DNA from: a virus
Length of the DNA stretch: 64,000 bases
Reading direction: 5' to 3' (one strand)
Virus record (IMG/VR): IMGVR_UViG_3300033141_003629
Coordinates: 5,636 to 69,635 of that record
Position 1 is the stretch's first letter. The number at the start of each line of letters is the position of its first letter. The notes under the pieces are model-generated. The model saw only the letters and a list, made by a program, of their open reading frames with translations. It ran no database searches and had not been told where the DNA came from. Shown piece after piece: positions 10,171 to 19,180 of the stretch. The position numbers were made by a program, and so were the translations under genes.

Positions 10171-10733
10171 TGAAGCCAACAGGACAATCTCTTATAACTA
10201 AAGGAATTCAAGCAATTGAAAAAGGAATTTCTTTAATTACCAAAGGGATTTTAGATAGAGCGCGAATAAGAAAAGGAGCGCAGCAGTTAGTTAAAAAATT
10301 TTTTAAGATAATATTTCCGCTTTATGGAATCAAACAGTTTAAATTTAGTATGGAGTATAGTATTATTGGTAAAAAAGTAGTTGGATTAATGCAGATTTTT
10401 GAATTGGTAGGAAGGAAATCAATACTTTCTAGAAGGCAGTTATTGATAGGCGGTATTATATCTAGAGCTTATAATAAAAAATATTGCCTTAGAGCAAAGC
10501 GACAGCATTTGTTTGATGTGAGTTTAGTTTTGGCTGCAAGAAAAAAATATAATATAACCGATAATAGAAAAGTTGTAGGAATTCTAAGGTCTAGATTTCA
10601 AAATAAAAGAGATTTTGTGGTGAGAGGAATTAGAAAAATAGATTTTAAAACCGATATGACTGTAAAAGGTAAAAGAGATATCATTCCATTGCTACTAGCA
10701 GCAGGACTATTAGATAAGGAGGAAAAAGTATAA
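10170..10733 (+). CDS. highly basic hypothetical protein
   Basis: K/R-rich, SLITKGI twice; TAATG-coupled to both neighbours. Confidence 0.55.
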   Translation: MKPTGQSLITKGIQAIEKGISLITKGILDRARIRKGAQQLVKKFFKIIFPLYGIKQFKFSMEYSIIGKKVVGLMQIFELVGRKSILSRRQLLIGGIISRAYNKKYCLRAKRQHLFDVSLVLAARKKYNITDNRKVVGILRSRFQNKRDFVVRGIRKIDFKTDMTVKGKRDIIPLLLAAGLLDKEEKV

Positions 10734-12727
10734 TGAATAACAAAAAACGCATAGCAGAAGTATTGCTAGAAATTGCAAAGAACTCTAAAACAGAATTTAT
10801 TGAGGACTCTGCTATTGATAAAGAAATTAAGGAAGCCGCTAAGAAGATTGAGCTTTCTCTCCCTTCTCCAGATTTGGCAGTATTTAAGACTGTCTATTGT
10901 GAGATAGGAAAAGTTAATAAGAATGGAGTAATTTTGTCTAAGAAAGCAGTAGAAAAAGGACTCCATACTTTGCGTTTCAAACAGTTGAATTGGGAACACG
11001 AAGGTAAAGGTCAAGTATGTGGATATACAATAGATGCCAAAATTAATGGAGATAGGGTAGAGACTATTAATGTTCTTTTTAAATCTCTTTTTAAAGAGCA
11101 GTTTGAAGAATTAAAAGAGAAGATAAAAACAGGAGAAGCAGCGGTTTCTTTTGAGATATGGAATTGCGACCCTGCTACTAGAAAGTCTGTTGTTAAACAG
11201 CTTGACGATGGAAAAATTGAGATAGACCCAGTTATATTTCATGGCACTGGAGTTCTATTATCGCATAAGCCAGCTTGTCCAAATGCAAAAATTTTTAAAC
11301 TTGTAGCTAAGAATGAAATTAGAGAAGCAGAAAAAATTGTTAATAAAATTTTTAGTGAAAATCTTATTTTTGCATCTTTTGCCATAGACGATGTAGAAGA
11401 AGCAAATGTCAGTTGTGAATGTCTAAAGTGTGGAAAAGTTATTTCTACAAAAAAGCATTGTAAGGATATAAAATGTCCTGACTGTGGTGGAGATATGAGA
11501 AGAAAAGATAGACCAGGTGAGGGACAGCCTGTTCAAGAATCAGGAAAGGAAAAAGATAGCGAGGAGGGTAGAAAAATGGAGTTAGAAAAGTTATTTGCTT
11601 CAGTTGAGAAAGAAGAAGATATTACCTTTGATTTAGCTCTTTCTTTCTATTATGCCTCTGAAGAAGAACAAGCTAAACTTACAGAAGATGCTGCAAAGTG
11701 GACTCGCAAGTTTATCAATAGTCTGCCCGATTCAGCCTTTGCAGCTATTGAGCCAGCTTATCCTGAGAAAATTCAGAATAAGAATGCTCGTCACTTGCCA
11801 CATCATAATGGAGTGGGTGATTTGGGGAAGGACAAATCTAATGCAAACTTAGATTTGCCTCATTATAAGAATGCTCTTGCCAGAGCAAATCAAATAAATC
11901 CTGTAAGTGATTCTATTTCTGCAGAGGAATTAAGAGCAAAAGCAAATGCTCATTTAGAAAGACATAAAGATGTACTTGAAGCAGCAGAAAAAGAAGAAAA
12001 ACCAGAAGAGCCAAAGGCTACAGAGAAAACCCAGGCCAATGAAGTGCAGAAAGAAACCAAGCCAGAGGATAAAACCGATGGTGCTGAAACGACTTCTGCA
12101 GAGACTCCTAAAGCCGAAGAAACTCTAGAGCCAAAAGCTGCTTCTCAAGAAGGAGTCAAACCTGAAGAGGAAAAACCCGAATCAACGGAAGAGGCTCCTA
12201 AATCAGAAGAGGCACAAGATGTAGAAACAATTGTGCCTAAAGTAGTTGTTAAAGTTACTCGTATCTATGAAGATGTTTTTGTAGATACTTATGTTGATGG
12301 TACCCCATCTGGAGAATCGACTGGAAAGAGTTATATGAAGAAAATAACTGAATACAGCGATGGAACCAAAGATGAGGAAACAAACGAATCAGAATATAAG
12401 AAAAAGTTTGATTATGCTGAATTAGAAAAAGCTGTTAATGATGCGAAAGCCGAAAAGGATAAAGAGATAGTCAACTTGAAGGATGAGCATGAGAAACAGC
12501 TAAAAGAAAAAGATGAAAAAATAGAAGCACAATCTAAAGAACTTGACCAGAAGAGTCAAGAGATTGCAAAATTAAAGACTGAAGTTGAAACCGCAGAAGA
12601 GAAAGAAGACACTCCCGAAATGTCAGTAGGAAGTGTAGAACCTCTAACAGCTCAAGAGAAGAGCGAAATTAAACAGCGTAAAGAAAAGATAGACGCTATT
12701 ATAGCTAGCAAGCACCAAAATAAATAA
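10733..12727 (+). CDS. prohead protease/scaffold multidomain protein
   Basis: NKNG...LNWEH....VCG, VSFE, G.G.L...PA motifs; Cys-rich zinc ribbon; INSLPDSAFA domain; acidic linker and coiled coil; directly upstream of the capsid gene. Confidence 0.75.
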   Translation: MNNKKRIAEVLLEIAKNSKTEFIEDSAIDKEIKEAAKKIELSLPSPDLAVFKTVYCEIGKVNKNGVILSKKAVEKGLHTLRFKQLNWEHEGKGQVCGYTIDAKINGDRVETINVLFKSLFKEQFEELKEKIKTGEAAVSFEIWNCDPATRKSVVKQLDDGKIEIDPVIFHGTGVLLSHKPACPNAKIFKLVAKNEIREAEKIVNKIFSENLIFASFAIDDVEEANVSCECLKCGKVISTKKHCKDIKCPDCGGDMRRKDRPGEGQPVQESGKEKDSEEGRKMELEKLFASVEKEEDITFDLALSFYYASEEEQAKLTEDAAKWTRKFINSLPDSAFAAIEPAYPEKIQNKNARHLPHHNGVGDLGKDKSNANLDLPHYKNALARANQINPVSDSISAEELRAKANAHLERHKDVLEAAEKEEKPEEPKATEKTQANEVQKETKPEDKTDGAETTSAETPKAEETLEPKAASQEGVKPEEEKPESTEEAPKSEEAQDVETIVPKVVVKVTRIYEDVFVDTYVDGTPSGESTGKSYMKKITEYSDGTKDEETNESEYKKKFDYAELEKAVNDAKAEKDKEIVNLKDEHEKQLKEKDEKIEAQSKELDQKSQEIAKLKTEVETAEEKEDTPEMSVGSVEPLTAQEKSEIKQRKEKIDAIIASKHQNK

Positions 12728-12783
12728 AAGATACGCAAAAGGCAAAAGCCTAGCAAAAACAAGTTACTAACGAGGTAAAAAAC

Positions 12784-13710
12784 ATGAAAGATGTAATTCA
12801 AAAGGCTTATGAGTTAATTGGTAGCCCAATTGACCCTAATCTAAAAGTGCCTGCTGAAGTTATGGATATCGTTGACTTTAAAGAATCTGAAGCTGGTGAA
12901 ACAGTAGAGTATTTTAATAGCGACCATTCTGGCGTAGATGATATTTATGCGGCAGATGCTAATGGTACTATAACGTATCATAAGATTACTCTTCGTACTC
13001 CTGTTGCACTTACATTTGTTGGTCTTCAGTCCAAGCTAGAAACAGTTCTGCTTGATGAGATTATGAATAGCAAAGACCAGACTGCTTTGGCAACAAAGAA
13101 GGATGGTATTATTCGTTCTATGGATAAAGAAGAAGCTCGCAGAATTCTTAATCTTATTCTTGCAGTTTCTTCACAGGAAATCACTCCTGCTACTAGTGAT
13201 GATATCTTAGATGTTTTCATTAAGATGAAGCAGTTGGTTTCTAATTTTGCTGATAATTATATTCTTTTGGTTGCGTCCAATGTTATGGACAAAATCGAAA
13301 CTTATGATAAAGATAATTCGACTTCTGATAATTATAAAGTCGATATTATGGCTACCCTAACTAAAATTGGGGTTCGTAAAGTTGTAAAAATTATTGGCAA
13401 TTCTGGCTACAATGCTGGAGATACTCCGGTTCTTGCCGACGGTCGTGCAATTCTGGTAGGCCGAGATTCTACTCTGGCCTCTGGTCGTCCAATTAAGTTT
13501 AGACGCAGAAAGTTTAGCGGCGAAGTTGCTCGTCTTGCTGGTGCAGAAGAGGGAGCAACTCGTCTAGTTCGCATGGTTGAAACTCCAATTCCAGTAAATG
13601 CTGCTGGTGCGAATACTCTTGGTTTTTCAACTTTTGGTTATGAAAGCCAAATTGCTGTTCTTACTAACTATAGAGCAGTTGCGTGGGCAGATGTTTCGTC
13701 CTTGCTTTAA
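12784..13710 (+). CDS. major capsid protein (HK97-fold expected)
   Basis: 308 aa, after the scaffold; GAGGT SD; high-expression codon use (cgt, gct, ggt); followed by a GC hairpin. Confidence 0.75.
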   Translation: MKDVIQKAYELIGSPIDPNLKVPAEVMDIVDFKESEAGETVEYFNSDHSGVDDIYAADANGTITYHKITLRTPVALTFVGLQSKLETVLLDEIMNSKDQTALATKKDGIIRSMDKEEARRILNLILAVSSQEITPATSDDILDVFIKMKQLVSNFADNYILLVASNVMDKIETYDKDNSTSDNYKVDIMATLTKIGVRKVVKIIGNSGYNAGDTPVLADGRAILVGRDSTLASGRPIKFRRRKFSGEVARLAGAEEGATRLVRMVETPIPVNAAGANTLGFSTFGYESQIAVLTNYRAVAWADVSSLL

Positions 13711-13722
13711 TCTGAAATAGGT

Positions 13723-13758
13723 GAGGAGAGGGGGTTTTCCCCCTCCCTCCCAAAAAAA
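13723..13758 (+). promoter_or_regulatory. GC-rich hairpin with bulged A after the capsid gene (no U-tract)
   Basis: GAGG-A-GAGGGGG TTTT CCCCCTC-CCTC followed by CCAAAAAAA. Confidence 0.7.
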
Positions 13759-13778
13759 CCTATAACAGAAAGAAAATT

Positions 13779-14273
13779 ATGATAGCAAGATTAAACTCCA
13801 AAAATGAATTAGATGTTTATTTGTTTCTCGAAGATTATAGAGATTTTTTTGAAGAATTCTATATAACTTTGAATAAACGTAGAACTTTCTTAAAAGGAAA
13901 TTGTTCTTTGATTAAAAAAATATTAAAGACACAAGAAGTCTATGGCCTGTGGGAAAAAGGATTGCAGGGAGTCTTTTTAGTTTTTAGAGAAAAAGGATTC
14001 CGACCATATTTAAAAATTTTGGGAAGAAATAAAAAAATAGTTTCTAATTTACTTCAATATTTTTTATGGAAGTTTGCTACAATCGAAGTATATTGTAAGT
14101 TAAAGAAGAAAAATCCAATTACTAAAATTATTTTGCACAAGGCATTTAGGCAGGTTGGTGATAGAGGAAATGAGCTACTTTTGTGCAAGTATGCAATCAA
14201 AAATTATAAGCCGTTGATAGCCAAAGATGAGTATATAAATTATGAAGCGCTTTACTATAAGAGGATAAAATGA
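13779..14273 (+). CDS. hypothetical protein, possible degenerate GNAT fold
   Basis: C-terminal KKNP....L.K.F...G resembles GNAT motif B. Confidence 0.45.
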   Translation: MIARLNSKNELDVYLFLEDYRDFFEEFYITLNKRRTFLKGNCSLIKKILKTQEVYGLWEKGLQGVFLVFREKGFRPYLKILGRNKKIVSNLLQYFLWKFATIEVYCKLKKKNPITKIILHKAFRQVGDRGNELLLCKYAIKNYKPLIAKDEYINYEALYYKRIK

Positions 14274-14875
14274 CATCCATTATCACAAAACTAAGGTATT
14301 TATTAAGAGATTTATTAGATACGACTGGTAGACAAACATATGATTATTTGTCTACGAGCTATTCAAAGGTAATTACTTTGAATACAGACAAAGCGATTGC
14401 CTCTAGTATTAAAGTTTATAAGAATGGAATAGAGTGGTCTTCTGATAATTGGACGTATGATGTAGATACTGCCCAACTTACAATTGAAGAAGAATCTGGA
14501 GAAGAACTAGAAGTAGGAGATGTCCTTTTAATAACTTTTTCTTATTATCAGAAATATTCAGATACTATTTTGGAAGCATATATACGGTCTGCGCTTTATT
14601 ATATTTCTATAGAACAATATAAAACTTTTGAGGTAGAAAGCGGTGGTACACTGGACCCAACACCATCAGAACAAGAGGAAAATCTTATTGCTATTATAGC
14701 AGCAGCACTTGTTGGTGGTAATGTAGCACAATATAGGACTCCAGAATTATCCATTGTATTTAACAGTAGAGAACCAGTAGAAACTAGAATTAGAAATTTT
14801 ATTCGCAAAGTAAATAAATCATATGGCGTCTTAGAATATATAGACCTGACTGCCGAAGCTACAGAGGAAGAATAA
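14270..14875 (+). CDS. head-tail adaptor-like protein with inserted beta domain
   Basis: IITKLRYLLRD...YSD..LEAYI helical pattern; position after the capsid gene. Confidence 0.55.
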   Translation: MTSIITKLRYLLRDLLDTTGRQTYDYLSTSYSKVITLNTDKAIASSIKVYKNGIEWSSDNWTYDVDTAQLTIEEESGEELEVGDVLLITFSYYQKYSDTILEAYIRSALYYISIEQYKTFEVESGGTLDPTPSEQEENLIAIIAAALVGGNVAQYRTPELSIVFNSREPVETRIRNFIRKVNKSYGVLEYIDLTAEATEEE

Positions 14876-14876
14876 A

Positions 14877-15257
14877 ATGGAAGCAATGAATGAAATATTT
14901 AACCAACTAAGGCAACAGGGACTGTTAGAAACTTTATTATGTTATCCAGCAAATTCTACATTTGCGGACCCATATGAAAAGAATAAAACTAATGTCTATA
15001 TGCCGCCCCTTCCGGTAGAAGGTATTGTTCATTCTATTGGATTTTCTGGCCTAAAGTGGAAATATTATGCCCAACTTCCAACAGGGTCTATTCAACTTAT
15101 TGTTGAACCAAAGTATAAAGAAATAATTTTATCAGCGAAAAAAATAGAATATAAAAACAATTACTATACTGTTTATAGAGATGGAACTAATTTTCAATAT
15201 ATAGAAAGACGACATTATATTGTATTTATATTAGGGAGAAAGCAATCAAATGATTAA
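14877..15257 (+). CDS. head closure/stopper-like protein
   Basis: 126-aa beta-rich ORF in the neck position. Confidence 0.5.
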   Translation: MEAMNEIFNQLRQQGLLETLLCYPANSTFADPYEKNKTNVYMPPLPVEGIVHSIGFSGLKWKYYAQLPTGSIQLIVEPKYKEIILSAKKIEYKNNYYTVYRDGTNFQYIERRHYIVFILGRKQSND

Positions 15258-15795
15258 AGTAAAATTCTCATTTAGAGATAGAAGAAAATTTAAGAATCTA
15301 ATACGATATATTGAAAAAATACCTTTTGTTGAAGCAGAGGCAGAAGTTCAAACAGTTGCAGAAAATGCTGTAGAGTCTATGACTGCAACAATAAATTCTT
15401 CTAGAAAACGCCCTGATGCTGGCACTCATAAATTAGAGAATGCTATTACAATAGAAGAGCTTTTAAATAATCCTGGAAGAGAATTGCTAATTGGAATAGG
15501 GAGTTTAGATAGACTAACTCAAGAAGCTCCATATTGGGAAGTATTAGACCAGGGAGGCTATATACCTCCAGCAAATTTAGGTTATTTTGACGGAAACCCA
15601 GAAAAGCCAACGAAAGGCATGTCTGGTCAACACTGGATGCATACCGGCAGTACTTCTGATTATTTATTGACTCCAAAGAAACCAATTCAAGGCATTGATT
15701 ATATCGGAGCCGGATTGAGAAATTTAGCACAAAGCTTAGATAAATTAGTAATTGATTTCGGTGGAAAAATTTTAGACAATATGGAGAAGATATAA
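15250..15795 (+). CDS. HK97 gp10-like neck protein
   Basis: T.KLENAI, APYW.VLDQG, I.G.DYI motifs; neck position. Confidence 0.6.
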   Translation: MIKVKFSFRDRRKFKNLIRYIEKIPFVEAEAEVQTVAENAVESMTATINSSRKRPDAGTHKLENAITIEELLNNPGRELLIGIGSLDRLTQEAPYWEVLDQGGYIPPANLGYFDGNPEKPTKGMSGQHWMHTGSTSDYLLTPKKPIQGIDYIGAGLRNLAQSLDKLVIDFGGKILDNMEKI

Positions 15796-16271
15796 TGGGA
15801 GTCTATAGATTATCAAGAAATATAGAGGCTTCTCTTATAGATTTTTTTACTGAACAATTTGAAATAGATTGGAGCGAGTTTAATATTCGTACTGTGAAGG
15901 TATTTCTTCAAGCATATGAAGGTACACTGCCAGCAGTATGTATAGAAGAAGTAACCACAAACCCAGTAAAAAAAGAAATTGGTAGCTCTGCTTGGCTAAA
16001 AATTCCAGAAATTTCTATAAGAGTATTTGCTACTTCTGATGGATTAAGAAAGGATTTGAGAGATTACATAATAGATAAGCTAGAAGGAAATATTCCTTAT
16101 TATCAGTATACGATAACCGATGGGGGAGTTACAGAAAAAACTTTAGCAGGACAGATTGTTGTACGAGAGATTTTAAGAGATGCAAAAGAATTAACTAATA
16201 CAGAAAATTTAGAACTTGCTGATAAATTTAGGCATATTATAATTTTTTCAGCAATAATAGCATTGTCATAG
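15795..16271 (+). CDS. tail terminator/completion-like protein
   Basis: LPAV.I, EIGS, ISIRVFA...R..L.D.I pattern; upstream of the tail tube. Confidence 0.55.
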   Translation: MGVYRLSRNIEASLIDFFTEQFEIDWSEFNIRTVKVFLQAYEGTLPAVCIEEVTTNPVKKEIGSSAWLKIPEISIRVFATSDGLRKDLRDYIIDKLEGNIPYYQYTITDGGVTEKTLAGQIVVREILRDAKELTNTENLELADKFRHIIIFSAIIALS

Positions 16272-16281
16272 GAGAGACGTC

Positions 16282-16485
16282 ATGGCTTGGATTCCAGTAG
16301 TTTCACTTGCATTAAATTTGACTATTTTAATTGTTTCTATAGGGGGATTTATAAAAGTACTAAAAAATGACCTCATGCATGTTCAAAAAGATTTGAAAGA
16401 AATAAAAGATGCTATTAAATCTATTTCTGCAACAACAAGTAATTTAGCAGAAAGAGTATCTACTATTGAGGGTAGATTGCAATAA
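16282..16485 (+). CDS. small membrane-anchored coiled-coil protein (holin-like candidate)
   Basis: One N-terminal TM helix, then heptads ending ERVSTIEG. Confidence 0.55.
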   Translation: MAWIPVVSLALNLTILIVSIGGFIKVLKNDLMHVQKDLKEIKDAIKSISATTSNLAERVSTIEGRLQ

Positions 16486-16593
16486 AAGATAAGAGATTGT
16501 ATGGAAGATATATTTTGTAAGAAGACGATATAAGTTTCTCTATGAAGAGAGAAGTGAACCAAATCTTTAAAAATCAATGGAGGATTTAAAAAG

Positions 16594-17814
16594 ATGATTA
16601 AAGCGAAATTCTTTAGACCTCGTATTTTCCCTTGGAATAATGATTGTGCTCCTCGCCAAATTGATAGGGCGCAGGATATTTCTGGGGATTTAACGCTAAA
16701 TCGTGAAAAAGCTTATGAGATTGGTAGAGATGGTCTTCTAGGTTACAGAAAGCAAACGCCTTCATTCTCCTATTCAATGACTCAATTTGAATATGGTAGC
16801 ATGGATTTCTGGTATGCGCTTGCAAATAAAGAGGCTCCAGGAACTGGCGATGATGTATATATTGAACTAAGTGACTTAGAGACTACGAAATTTGATATTG
16901 CTGCATTTCTAACAGACGACAATAATACGTTTAGAGGAACAATTTTATTCCCTAAATTGCGGGTCAATGGGTATTCTATCAATATTGCTGACCCAGGTGC
17001 TGTTGTAGAAAGAGGATTTGATTTTGTTGGCGAAGATTATAAATTATTTGAAAATAAATATTTTGCCTATAATGAAGATGTTGTAGAGAGTGGAGAAACC
17101 GAAAAAACGATTACTCTTAGCCCAGCAGCAATTGAATATGCTTCTGGGAAATATGTTTTTAGAGTATTGAGAGTTAGAAGTGGTGTTGTTAGTGAATTAA
17201 CAGAAGACACTTCTTCTCCATATGCAGATGATACTTGGCGGTACTCTGCGGGAGATGTAATTGTTCAGGGATGTGAAGTTGGGGACATAATTAAAGTTTA
17301 TTATGTTGCTAATACTGCTTATACAACTACCTGGACAGACAACGATGCAGACCCATACCTATTATTGGCAGAATATGCTGAAATTCGTTTGAAAGTTGGT
17401 ACTGATACTAGAATTTATAGATTGCAAAGCGTTAGTATTGATGCCTCACTTGAGAGAACGGATTATAAGGAAATAGGAAATTCGGAAGTTGTTCAGACAG
17501 GAGCAACAGGTAGTGCTGTCACAATTTCTCTGAATAGGTTTGCAGAAACAATGACTCTAGAACAGATTCTTGCGGGAGACAATGCTTATCCATATATTGA
17601 CCCCCGTAATTTTGCTGAAAATATTCAAATGCAAGTTTTGATTTATGAAGATAAAGAACACACCTCATTTAAGGTTGGCTATTTGATGAAGAATATTACT
17701 CCAACTGCAATAGGTACATCTCAAGCTGTAGAGGAATATGGTGAGAGAACTACTGAGTTGGAATGTGATAATATGAGAATAAGTACAGAGCTTACAGACT
17801 TAGCATTTGTGTAA
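16594..17814 (+). CDS. major tail (tube) protein
   Basis: 406 aa, acidic and beta-rich; GGAGG SD; EIG motif in both halves; precedes chaperones and tape measure; followed by a GC hairpin. Confidence 0.7.
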   Translation: MIKAKFFRPRIFPWNNDCAPRQIDRAQDISGDLTLNREKAYEIGRDGLLGYRKQTPSFSYSMTQFEYGSMDFWYALANKEAPGTGDDVYIELSDLETTKFDIAAFLTDDNNTFRGTILFPKLRVNGYSINIADPGAVVERGFDFVGEDYKLFENKYFAYNEDVVESGETEKTITLSPAAIEYASGKYVFRVLRVRSGVVSELTEDTSSPYADDTWRYSAGDVIVQGCEVGDIIKVYYVANTAYTTTWTDNDADPYLLLAEYAEIRLKVGTDTRIYRLQSVSIDASLERTDYKEIGNSEVVQTGATGSAVTISLNRFAETMTLEQILAGDNAYPYIDPRNFAENIQMQVLIYEDKEHTSFKVGYLMKNITPTAIGTSQAVEEYGERTTELECDNMRISTELTDLAFV

Positions 17815-17821
17815 TATCTTC

Positions 17822-17868
17822 GAGGAGAGGGTGGCGGCCTGGGGCTGCCACTCTCCCTCCCAAGAAAG
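17822..17868 (+). promoter_or_regulatory. GC-rich hairpin with bulged A after the tail tube gene (no U-tract)
   Basis: GAGG-A-GAGGGTGGCGGCC TGG GGCTGCCACTCTC-CCTC then CCAAGAAAG; two G.U pairs on the + strand. Confidence 0.7.
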
Positions 17869-17941
17869 AAGAATTATGCTAGAGAAGTCTGTGCAATATG
17901 CAAAGTATGGTAAGGTATGATAAATATAAAAATACATATTG

Positions 17942-17961
17942 CCATACTATAACTAGTATGG
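17942..17961. promoter_or_regulatory. palindrome, operator-like (or weak terminator stem)
   Basis: CCATACTA taac TAGTATGG, followed by a T-run and the SD of the next gene. Confidence 0.5.
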
Positions 17962-17983
17962 TTATTTTTTTTAAGGAGATAAG

Positions 17984-18220
17984 ATGCCAAAAATTATTAT
18001 TGACGAAAAACTATTATCGATGATTTTTGAACAAGAAGCTAGAGTATTGGTTGGAAAAGTATGTAAGCGGTTTGAAGTTCATTCTGAGCTAAAAGAAATC
18101 AAAGCAGCAGTAAAAGAACTTCTTTATGAAACAATGAGGGATACTCACAGAATGATAGTATACAATGGAAAAGAACCAGTGCATCTCACAAATAAAAAGC
18201 AAGGAGAAAAATATGGATAG
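17984..18220 (+). CDS. hypothetical protein
   Basis: 78 aa, AAGGAG SD. Confidence 0.6.
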   Translation: MPKIIIDEKLLSMIFEQEARVLVGKVCKRFEVHSELKEIKAAVKELLYETMRDTHRMIVYNGKEPVHLTNKKQGEKYG

Positions 18221-18842
18221 TCGTAAGGACCAAGCTGCTAAAATAGTAAAAGAATATGAGGAAAAAAATGCTTTACTAAATGCAGAGGAGATGATTAAAG
18301 ATAATAAGATTTATTTCTCTGTAGATGGAAAGAAATATAGAGTTCGCTTATTAAATTTAGCTGAGAGAAATGAACTCGATAATTTAAGACGAAGAAAATT
18401 TGGAGAATTGATTCAGGATAAAAATATATTGATGGAAAAAGATTTGATTGTGCAGTATAAAGAAAGGGGAATTGATATTGATGAAATAGATGATAAAATT
18501 CATAAATTAAGAGCACAGTGGGCAGATATAGAGCTAAAATTAGGAGAAGCGCTGTCTAAAAATGAGGCAGATATAATTTTAAATTCTTACAAAGAGAATA
18601 TAGAAGAATTTAAGCGGGAAATAAATATTTTAAATTCACAGAAAGCAATATATTTGGAATTTTCTTTGGAAAATCAACTACTTTCTTATGTAGCTCAAAT
18701 ATTTACTTATTTGAGTTTAGAAAAACATACCGAAGAAGGCTGGAAAAGAATGTTTAAAACAATAGAAGAGTTTGAGACTAGCCCAGAAGAAAAAGTTATT
18801 AATACGGCTGCTCAGTATTCAATTATTTTACAATCGCTATGA
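18213..18842 (+). CDS. tail assembly chaperone-like protein
   Basis: Charged helical protein between tube and tape measure; AAGGAG SD before ATG 18213. Confidence 0.55.
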   Translation: MDSRKDQAAKIVKEYEEKNALLNAEEMIKDNKIYFSVDGKKYRVRLLNLAERNELDNLRRRKFGELIQDKNILMEKDLIVQYKERGIDIDEIDDKIHKLRAQWADIELKLGEALSKNEADIILNSYKENIEEFKREINILNSQKAIYLEFSLENQLLSYVAQIFTYLSLEKHTEEGWKRMFKTIEEFETSPEEKVINTAAQYSIILQSL

Positions 18843-19177
18843 TTTACAGTATCTTACAAAAGCTAGCTGCTTCTATTCGTTATCAAAATTTGTTTCATGC
18901 GAGCAAGCAGATAAATGGAGTGCGACTATTTAAAAATACGAGAGATTTTTCTTTGCTTCAGCAAATATTTATTAGTTATTTATATAATTTTGAAGCAATT
19001 CACAATGATATTGCCTTTGAAAAAATTTCTAAAAGAGTATTGGAAGATACGATTTTTTCAGATGCTTATTTAGCTTGGAAACAAAAAAGAAAGAAAGATA
19101 ATAAAAAGTCAAAAAAAAGAAGAGATGTTTCTTTAGTTCCTGCTAAATTTATAAAATTTAAACGTCAAGGAAAATAA
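18839..19177 (+). CDS. second tail-chaperone-like protein
   Basis: ATGA-coupled; directly before the tape measure. Confidence 0.5.
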   Translation: MIYSILQKLAASIRYQNLFHASKQINGVRLFKNTRDFSLLQQIFISYLYNFEAIHNDIAFEKISKRVLEDTIFSDAYLAWKQKRKKDNKKSKKRRDVSLVPAKFIKFKRQGK

Positions 19178-19180
19178 ATT

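Noticed and set aside
17815-17880. GC-rich intergenic structure as a tRNA
   Set aside because: Single hairpin; no cloverleaf or TTCGA T-arm
18780-18850. Programmed frameshift between the tail chaperones
   Set aside because: No clear XXXYYYZ slippery heptamer near the stop, and the second ORF has its own ATGA-coupled start
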